From assembly GCA_947585615.1 (NCBI GenBank), contig CANPXD010000001.1, forward strand, positions 7,115 through 71,114: 64,000 nucleotides of DNA, in the 5' to 3' direction. The notes beneath the pieces are model-generated. The model made no database searches. It was given only the letters and a program-made list of their open reading frames with translations, and was not told the DNA's origin. Positions 49,910-56,015 of the stretch are shown piece after piece (positions within the stretch are counted from its first letter, which is position 1; each line of letters begins with the position of its first letter). A program made the translations under genes and the position numbers. Origin of the DNA: an uncultured Clostridia bacterium (GTDB lineage: Bacteria > Bacillota > Clostridia > Oscillospirales > Acutalibacteraceae).

Positions 49910-49938
49910 ATTATATATCCCTAAAACCATAATGTCAA
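49910..49938 (-). promoter_or_regulatory. sigma-A-type promoter for the nifS-nifU-nadA-mnmA operon
   Basis: On the minus strand: TTGACA (49938-49933), 17-nt spacer, TATAAT (49915-49910). Confidence 0.6.
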
Positions 49939-50089
49939 TACAAAAACGGAAAAAAATACAATTTTGTGCAAGAGCGCGGCATTTTCTGCTTTGCCGCGCT
50001 CTTTCCCTTTTATTATCATTATGCACTTTGCTTTGTCTTATTCTTGCAGTTCCGCTTTTTCATTAAAATTGTAATGCAAAAACAGAGAA

Positions 50090-51757
50090 TTATTCCGTTG
50101 TCCCGTCAGAAGACATTGATTCCGGAGCGGCAGTGGTTGTGGTAACGGTTTCGCCGTAAACCTGAATCAGCACTTCTTCACCCTTTGCAGAGCTGGTGCC
50201 TGCCGCAGGAGCCATTCCGCCTTTTGATTTAACCGTATCCGCCTTGTGTCCGTCATCATTATAAATTGTAACGATTTTCACCTTGAAGCCGGCTTTTTCA
50301 AGAGCGCTTACCGCATCTGCTTTACTCAGTCCGCCGACATCGGGTACGGTTGCGGTTTCTATACCTTTGCTGACTGTTAATACAATTTCAGAACCCTGTT
50401 CAATCTCTGTGCCCGGTTCGACGCTCTGCTTAAACACAAGTCCCTCTTCCGCGTCCGATGTGTATTCATAGACAAAGGTGATTTTAAACTGAGCGTTCCA
50501 AGAGCCTGTGTTTTTAACATCGCTTTCCGTGTAACCGGCACGGAAATCCGGAACGGCAATTTTTGGAAGGGTAGTGGCGGCTGTTGTTGTTTCATGCTTT
50601 ATAACAAGTCCCGAAAAACCTATAATATAAACCGCCGCGGCGACTACCGCAACTGCAAGCAGAACGATAATGGCTGTTTTAACTCCTTTTTTGCTGTCTT
50701 TCTTTTCAGGAGGTTTCGGACTGCGCTGCTCAGACTGTGCACTCTGAGATTTCGGGGCTTCTGCCTGAGGAATGGGGGCGGAATGAGCAACAACAGACGG
50801 AGCTGCGTTCAGCAGTTCTCTGAAATCATCAATACTCTGAATTCTTTTTTCGGGATAAATCTGAAGACCGCCTCCGAGCGCTCTTATAACGTGAGGAGGG
50901 ATTTTCTCGGCGATTCTGTTCGGAATCATAAGCTTGTCGTTTGTTTCCCTTGCCATCGCATCGGGCGGATCGTTGCCCACAAGCGCGCGGTATATGCAGG
51001 CGGAGAATGAGTAAATATCGGTCGCGGGGCAGATTTTATGACTGTTTTCATACTGCTCCAGCGCTGTGTAGCCGGCAGACGGCGTGAATTCAAGCTCACC
51101 TGACGCGCTGCTGCATTCGCTTATGCAAAAGCCTGCAAGGCGCACCTTTCCGTCACGGCACAGTACGAGATTATCAGGATTAATTGCGCCGTGAATGATA
51201 CCGTTTGAATGCAGTCTTTCAATTGTTGTCAGGACAGGCATAAACATAAGACGCGCCTTATCCCACAAAATATTATTATCCTCATTTCGGATAAGAAAGT
51301 CTCTGAGAGAAACGGTTTCCATTTTTTCACAGACAGCGTACGCAGTCTCATTTTCCTCAAAAACGTCTATAACAGGTATGACAGCGGATAGGGAGTTCAG
51401 ACCCTTGAGCGTTTTCCAAAGCCTTATAAATGAATTTTTGTAATTGCTGAAGTTCTTTCTGAAACGTTCTCTGACATGAACATCGCTGTTTCCTTCAAGT
51501 CTGTTCGTTATTCCCTTGGGAAGAAATTCACGTACAGTGACCGTGCAGCGCCGCTCCGTATCATAGCCTGAATAAGTTACCGCATCGCTTTCTTCCGAAA
51601 TCACTTTCCCGACGATATATCTGCCTGAAAGGACAGTCTTGCGCGGAAGATATTTCATATTGGTTACGGAATCATTGTCAAAGCCGCAGTTACCGCATAC
51701 GCTTCCGTTGGTTAGCTTTTCAAAGCAATTCATACATAAATTATCGGCTAAATCCAT
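50090..51757 (-). CDS. Zn-ribbon / Hanks-kinase-like (predicted pseudokinase) / TM / 2x PASTA membrane protein
   Basis: 555-aa ORF. The N-terminus is CMNC...CGNC. The kinase fold is retained but the catalytic motifs are degenerate: VTVREF for VAIK, IIHGAINPDN for HRDxKxxN, LAGFC for DFG. One TM helix (AIIVLLAVAVVAAAVYIIGF) and two PASTA-like repeats follow. Confidence 0.8.
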   Translation of the reverse strand: MDLADNLCMNCFEKLTNGSVCGNCGFDNDSVTNMKYLPRKTVLSGRYIVGKVISEESDAVTYSGYDTERRCTVTVREFLPKGITNRLEGNSDVHVRERFRKNFSNYKNSFIRLWKTLKGLNSLSAVIPVIDVFEENETAYAVCEKMETVSLRDFLIRNEDNNILWDKARLMFMPVLTTIERLHSNGIIHGAINPDNLVLCRDGKVRLAGFCISECSSASGELEFTPSAGYTALEQYENSHKICPATDIYSFSACIYRALVGNDPPDAMARETNDKLMIPNRIAEKIPPHVIRALGGGLQIYPEKRIQSIDDFRELLNAAPSVVAHSAPIPQAEAPKSQSAQSEQRSPKPPEKKDSKKGVKTAIIVLLAVAVVAAAVYIIGFSGLVIKHETTTAATTLPKIAVPDFRAGYTESDVKNTGSWNAQFKITFVYEYTSDAEEGLVFKQSVEPGTEIEQGSEIVLTVSKGIETATVPDVGGLSKADAVSALEKAGFKVKIVTIYNDDGHKADTVKSKGGMAPAAGTSSAKGEEVLIQVYGETVTTTTAAPESMSSDGTTE

Positions 51758-51814
51758 TTTCTTCCTCCGTATATATTAATAACATAATAACAGCAATTCT
51801 GTATTCGTGTATAT

Positions 51815-51843
51815 AGTTTATCAATCCGTTTTGCTTTTGTCAA
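51815..51843 (-). promoter_or_regulatory. sigma-A-type promoter for the pseudokinase gene
   Basis: On the minus strand: TTGACA (51843-51838), 17-nt spacer, TAAACT (51820-51815). Confidence 0.5.
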
Positions 51844-51879
51844 GAACGGCAGTGGAGTATTTGCATTTTGATACATCCA

Positions 51880-52107
51880 TTATCCGTAGAACAAATCATC
51901 AAACGTAATTTCAAGTATTTCTTTTATCAGCCTTATCTCATCCGGATAAATGTGGCGCTGACCGACCTCTATTTTTGCAACGGCGCTGCGCGTTATGTCG
52001 CATCCATACAGCTGCAGCTTGATTGAAAGCTGCTCCTGTGTCATATTTTTAAGTTCTCTTTGCGCACGGATTCTGTTTCCGAACGCCTTTTCATATTCTT
52101 TGTTCAT
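51880..52107 (-). CDS. XRE-family helix-turn-helix transcriptional regulator
   Basis: I set the start at ATG 52107 (MNKEYEKAFGNRIRAQRELKNMTQEQLS...) behind AAGGTGG, giving 75 aa. It has a classic HTH_3 domain and no sensor domain. Confidence 0.88.
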   Translation of the reverse strand: MNKEYEKAFGNRIRAQRELKNMTQEQLSIKLQLYGCDITRSAVAKIEVGQRHIYPDEIRLIKEILEITFDDLFYG

Positions 52108-52150
52108 TTTGTACCACCTTATTATGCACCTGAACGGGAGCAAATATCTC

Positions 52151-52179
52151 TTGACATTATCGTATCCGTTTGATAAAAT
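52151..52179 (+). promoter_or_regulatory. sigma-A-type promoter for the LRR protein / peptide A operon
   Basis: TTGACA at 52151-52156, 17-nt spacer, TAAAAT at 52174-52179. Confidence 0.6.
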
Positions 52180-52183
52180 AATA

Positions 52184-52203
52184 TTGCACCTATATAGGTG
52201 CAA
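52184..52203. promoter_or_regulatory. Perfect 20-bp palindrome, candidate operator for the adjacent XRE regulator
   Basis: TTGCACCTATATAGGTGCAA begins 5 nt downstream of the -10 hexamer. An extra half-site, TGCACCT, lies at 52125-52131 in the regulator's own leader. Confidence 0.6.
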
Positions 52204-52237
52204 AAATATTTGATACTACAGAACAGGGGGTAAAAAT

Positions 52238-53548
52238 ATGAAAAGGTATATAAAATCGTTCATCTGTGTTTTGATGGTGAGTATGATCGCTTTGCCCGCC
52301 GGTATCAGCGCGTACGCGGAAGAAAGCGGGGACTATAAATACACAACCGGAAGCAACGGAAACGCTGTAATCACAGGTTACACCGGAACAGACACGGATG
52401 TGGTTGTACCGTCGTCACTTGACGGTTTTCCTGTAGAGGAAATCGGGCGAAGAGCTTTTGCAGGCAACAAAACAATCAAAAGCATAACGGTTTCCGAAGG
52501 CATTACCGTAATAAACAGCTCCGCGTTCTCCGGTTGTTCTAACCTGCAAAAGGCGGTGCTTCCCGAAGGACTGCTGGAGCTCAAGGATTGTGCTTTTCAA
52601 AGCGACAGAAATCTTGAAACAATCAATTTTCCGTCGACGCTTACAACGATTGGAGCGAGTTGCTTTTACGATGATCTTAAACTTACCAAGGCCGTTATCC
52701 CCGGAGGCGTTAAGATATTGGGTGAAAACGCGTTTCGTTTCTGCAACGCTTTAACGGAAATAACGATAGAAGAAGGCGTTGAGGAAATAAAAAGCGGAGC
52801 GTTTTATGAATGCCCAAAAGTGTCAAAGCTTGTTTTACCTTCAACTATGAAAATAATCGGTCGCGACGCGTTGGTACTGTCTGCGAATTTAACGTATATT
52901 ATTGTGCCGGACGGAATTGAGAGCATCGGCAGTCAAGGTATCGGCTTCAGAAGAACATTTGTGTTTGAAAACGACGATGATCCGTATGTTGTGCCTGTAA
53001 CCGATCTGGTGCTTTACGGAAAGCCGGGCAGTGTTGCCGAGGCGTATGCAAAACAAAACGCAATGACATTTAAAGATTCGTCCGAACTGTTTAACGTAAC
53101 CTACAAAGGCGCTTCTCTGAGAGTCAACAATCCCGGAATGCGATTCGGATTCAGCCTTGAATGCGGGGATCTCGCGCTTGAGGACGCATACGAATCCGAA
53201 ATAGGATTTTTGTATTCCTATTCGGAAAGTAGTGCCGAAAAGCTTACGCTTGAAAACCGGGGGAAGGAAGGAGTAAACAAAATAATAGCCGTCAACAGTT
53301 CGGAATCGGGGAATATCGTATCCTATAATCTTGTGTTTACAAAGATCCCCAAGGAAAGCTACGCAGAAAAAATATCAGTCAGGGGCTATGCGGTCATTGA
53401 CGGCAGAGTATATTATACCGAACCTGCAACAGACTGCCTGAATGATATAGCACAGCGGATACTGAGCGATGATAAACTGGACGGCGGCACTAAGGACGCG
53501 CTCCGGAAAACGTTTGACATTCAATACCTGAAAGGAGGGAACATTTAA
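52238..53548 (+). CDS. Secreted BspA-type leucine-rich-repeat protein
   Basis: 436-aa ORF with a signal peptide (MVSMIALPAGISAYA). About 8 tandem repeats of roughly 23 aa follow the pattern I..I.I.EGVT.I...AF..C..L..V.LP. A C-terminal non-LRR beta-rich domain follows. Confidence 0.85.
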   Translation: MKRYIKSFICVLMVSMIALPAGISAYAEESGDYKYTTGSNGNAVITGYTGTDTDVVVPSSLDGFPVEEIGRRAFAGNKTIKSITVSEGITVINSSAFSGCSNLQKAVLPEGLLELKDCAFQSDRNLETINFPSTLTTIGASCFYDDLKLTKAVIPGGVKILGENAFRFCNALTEITIEEGVEEIKSGAFYECPKVSKLVLPSTMKIIGRDALVLSANLTYIIVPDGIESIGSQGIGFRRTFVFENDDDPYVVPVTDLVLYGKPGSVAEAYAKQNAMTFKDSSELFNVTYKGASLRVNNPGMRFGFSLECGDLALEDAYESEIGFLYSYSESSAEKLTLENRGKEGVNKIIAVNSSESGNIVSYNLVFTKIPKESYAEKISVRGYAVIDGRVYYTEPATDCLNDIAQRILSDDKLDGGTKDALRKTFDIQYLKGGNI

Positions 53549-53655
53549 TGAAAGATAAGTACATAAAGCCAGAGACAGAGTTCGAAACGTTCAGAACATC
53601 GGACATAGTAACCACAAGCGGCGAACCTGATACAGATGTTGAATGGGGCACCTAA
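53548..53655 (+). CDS. Small peptide A (35 aa), RiPP/lasso-precursor-like, not in the ORF track
   Basis: The product is MKDKYIKPETEFETFRTSDIVTTSGEPDTDVEWGT. The ATG shares one base with the TAA of the LRR gene, and AAAGGAGGGA lies 8 nt upstream. It is a paralogue of the peptide at 53734-53862. Confidence 0.65.
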   Translation: MKDKYIKPETEFETFRTSDIVTTSGEPDTDVEWGT

Positions 53656-53667
53656 TCATTAAAAAAG

Positions 53668-53703
53668 AAAGACGGCGGTTGAATTATTCAATCGCCGTCT
53701 TTT
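53668..53703. terminator. Bidirectional terminator between the two convergent peptide genes
   Basis: AAAGACGGCGGTTGAAT / ATTCAATCGCCGTCTTT forms a near-perfect hairpin of about 17 bp. It is flanked by an A-run on the left and a T-run on the right. Confidence 0.85.
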
Positions 53704-53733
53704 AAATAGTATTGTTTTGGGGACAGTTTAGAA

Positions 53734-53862
53734 TCAGTCGAGATCTTCGTCTCCGTGATCGACCTCTCCGTATCCGCCGTCACCGAAGCCGCTTGTTGTA
53801 ATAACGTCGGCAGTTATAAATTCTTCGATTTCGGAAACCGGCTTATCGTATGATTTTTTCAT
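53734..53862 (-). CDS. Small peptide B (42 aa), RiPP/lasso-precursor-like, not in the ORF track
   Basis: The product is MKKSYDKPVSEIEEFITADVITTSGFGDGGYGEVDHGDEDLD. AAGGAGG lies 8 nt upstream of the ATG. The first 25 residues align gap-free with peptide A. Confidence 0.65.
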   Translation of the reverse strand: MKKSYDKPVSEIEEFITADVITTSGFGDGGYGEVDHGDEDLD

Positions 53863-53911
53863 GCTGACAACCTCCTTTTAAGCAGTTTAATTATGCAATG
53901 CTTAGTCCGAC

Positions 53912-53986
53912 TGGCACCCCAAGCAGGAATCGAACCTGCATCTAATCCTTAGGAGGGACTTATTCTATCCGTTGAACTATTGGGGC
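53912..53986 (-). tRNA. tRNA-Arg, anticodon CCU, CCA encoded
   Basis: The reverse complement GCCCCAATAGTTCAACGGATAGAATAAGTCCCTCCTAAGGATTAGATGCAGGTTCGATTCCTGCTTGGGGTGCCA folds as a cloverleaf. The anticodon loop is CTCCTAA and the T-arm is GCAGG-TTCGATT-CCTGC. Confidence 0.9.
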
Positions 53987-54004
53987 GTATTCATTCAATA
54001 TCAT

Positions 54005-54033
54005 ATTATATATTAAGTAATGTTCAATGTCAA
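54005..54033 (-). promoter_or_regulatory. Consensus sigma-A promoter for tRNA-Arg(CCU), probably also driving peptide B
   Basis: On the minus strand: TTGACA (54033-54028), 17-nt spacer, TATAAT (54010-54005). The -10 hexamer ends 18 nt before the tRNA 5' end. Confidence 0.7.
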
Positions 54034-54427
54034 TGTAAAATGATGTATCACCGGTGTTTATTCCGATCTGCGGTAATATATAATATAAATATATAATATA
54101 AAACATTTTGTGATTATAGGTTCAGGCAAAAATTCTTTCCGTAAAGCAAATAGTTATTTAAAAATTTGTAGTACATTATCTTGTGACTGTTTATCAAAAA
54201 GTTACAAAACTAACACAAGATATTGATAATTCACCGATAATCATTACAAAAAGGTTACAAATCAGAGCCGAAAAGTGCCAAATTTTTAAATATTTAACAA
54301 AAAAGCGATTTCACCAATTAAAGCGTAAAAGTAAATTTAACACAACATCTTGATTTTAAATGAATTTTTTAAACGATCCCTAAATATTTTTTTGTATATT
54401 TTGCACAAAAAGAGATTTTTTAAAAGG

Positions 54428-54456
54428 TTGACATATTATGCAAAAATTCCTATAAT
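54428..54456 (+). promoter_or_regulatory. Consensus sigma-A promoter for the G5/3D-domain protein gene
   Basis: TTGACA at 54428-54433, 17-nt spacer, TATAAT at 54451-54456. Confidence 0.7.
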
Positions 54457-54569
54457 GCCAGATGTTTGAGAAATAATAGAATATATGCTTCTGTCGGAAA
54501 TACCAAATCCATATATGGTTTTTCTAAAAAAGCAGGCAAATATTGTTTCTTATCAAAAAGGAGATTAAG

Positions 54570-55793
54570 ATGATTAACGAATCAGGCGTTGCATCTGTAA
54601 GGCACATTTCACGTGTCGTAGCGGCAACGGTAATTGCGTTTCTTCTTATCGTATTTACTTTTGCCGCAAATGCCTTTGCAGGTATCGCGGGAGAGTACAA
54701 TGTCGTTATCAACGACAACGGTTATGAATACACAATTACAACAGACGAAACGGAACCAATCGAAATTCTCAACAAGGCAAATATTACCCTCGGTCCGAGA
54801 GACTTGCTAAGCATAGCCGATTTCAGAGCAGGATCGGGCGGTACAATAGTAATTGACAGATTGAATACAATCAACGTCAGTCTTAACGATTTAATTAAAA
54901 CATTTGAGGTTTATGCGGACACCGTGGAGGAGGCCTTTGCGGAAACGGGTATTGATACCGATGGCTGCCGCATCAACTACGACGGTTCTGCTCCCGTTGA
55001 AAACGGTATGGTGATTACTGTTCAGACGCCTAAGACTGTTACAATCAATGCGGACGGAAAAGTCATAAGAATCAGCGCGATTAATGCCACGGTTTCCCAA
55101 ATTTTATCGGTAGCCGGAATTGAACTCGGCGAAAATGACTATACCGAGCCGTCAGCGGACGCGACTGTCAGCGATGAAACGGTCATAGACGTTTACAGAG
55201 TTGCGTTTAGAACGAAAACAGAGACTGAAAAAATTCCTTACGAAACAATCAAAAAAGACGATTCAGACATCGAAAGAGGCACAGTCCGGATTGAAACACA
55301 GGGCAAGGACGGTGAAAAATCCGTAACGTACAGTGTTAAATATATAAACGGTCTGGCTGTCGAGCAGAAGGAACTTTCATCAACTGTGGTGAAAGAGCCT
55401 GTAACAGAGATAAAGCGCGTCGGTACAAAGAACGCTGAAACAGTACCCAACGGTGTTGACAGCTACAACGGATTTTATGTAGGGCAGGTAATTAACGGAA
55501 AATATACGCATTACTGTGCCTGTGCCGTATGCAACGGAAATTCAAGGGGTATAACAACCTCGGGCAAAAAAATTTACAACGGTATGGATAATCCTTATTA
55601 TATTGCCTGCAACTGGCTTCCTTTAGGTTCAGTTGTTGAGATCGGAGGCATAGACTATACTGTTGTTGACCGCGGCGGAAGCGGGCTTTCAAAGACGGGA
55701 AGAATCGATATATTCACTCCGGAGGGACATTCCGCCTGCTATAAAAAGGGAACGGGCGTGTGCACGATAACGATTGTACGGCTTGGCTGGTAA
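54570..55793 (+). CDS. YabE/RpfB-like cell-wall protein (DUF348 repeats, G5 domain, C-terminal 3D domain)
   Basis: I set the start at ATG 54570 behind AAAGGAG. It has an N-terminal TM anchor, DUF348-like repeats, a G5 domain (EKIPYETIKKDDSDIERGTVRIETQGKDGEK) and a 3D domain (GSVVEIGGIDYTVVDRGG...IDIF). Confidence 0.85.
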   Translation: MINESGVASVRHISRVVAATVIAFLLIVFTFAANAFAGIAGEYNVVINDNGYEYTITTDETEPIEILNKANITLGPRDLLSIADFRAGSGGTIVIDRLNTINVSLNDLIKTFEVYADTVEEAFAETGIDTDGCRINYDGSAPVENGMVITVQTPKTVTINADGKVIRISAINATVSQILSVAGIELGENDYTEPSADATVSDETVIDVYRVAFRTKTETEKIPYETIKKDDSDIERGTVRIETQGKDGEKSVTYSVKYINGLAVEQKELSSTVVKEPVTEIKRVGTKNAETVPNGVDSYNGFYVGQVINGKYTHYCACAVCNGNSRGITTSGKKIYNGMDNPYYIACNWLPLGSVVEIGGIDYTVVDRGGSGLSKTGRIDIFTPEGHSACYKKGTGVCTITIVRLGW

Positions 55794-55840
55794 TGCACTT
55801 CGGAATTAAAATTCAATACGTAAATAATTTAAATTATAAA

Positions 55841-55868
55841 AACCGGACAGTTCATCTGTTCGGTTTTT
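55841..55868 (+). terminator. Intrinsic terminator after the G5/3D gene
   Basis: AACCGGACAG-TTCAT-CTGTTCGGTT followed by TTTT. Confidence 0.85.
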
Positions 55869-56015
55869 GTGTGCCCTTTTTGAAACGGAAAATCTCCGGC
55901 AGAAATGTATATTAAAATATTAACAAATAGTAAATAAATATATTTACAGATTGCAACAATTGTAAAAATTTGATATGATGTCTATACAAAAATAAAGAAA
56001 ATATGGGGAATAGTT

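Noticed and set aside
54457-54569. Possible c-di-AMP (ydaO-type) riboswitch in the leader of the G5/3D cell-wall gene
   Set aside because: The leader from the predicted start is only about 105 nt and AT-rich. It lacks the paired GC-rich pseudo-symmetric helices expected. The only structure is a small CCATATATGG palindrome.
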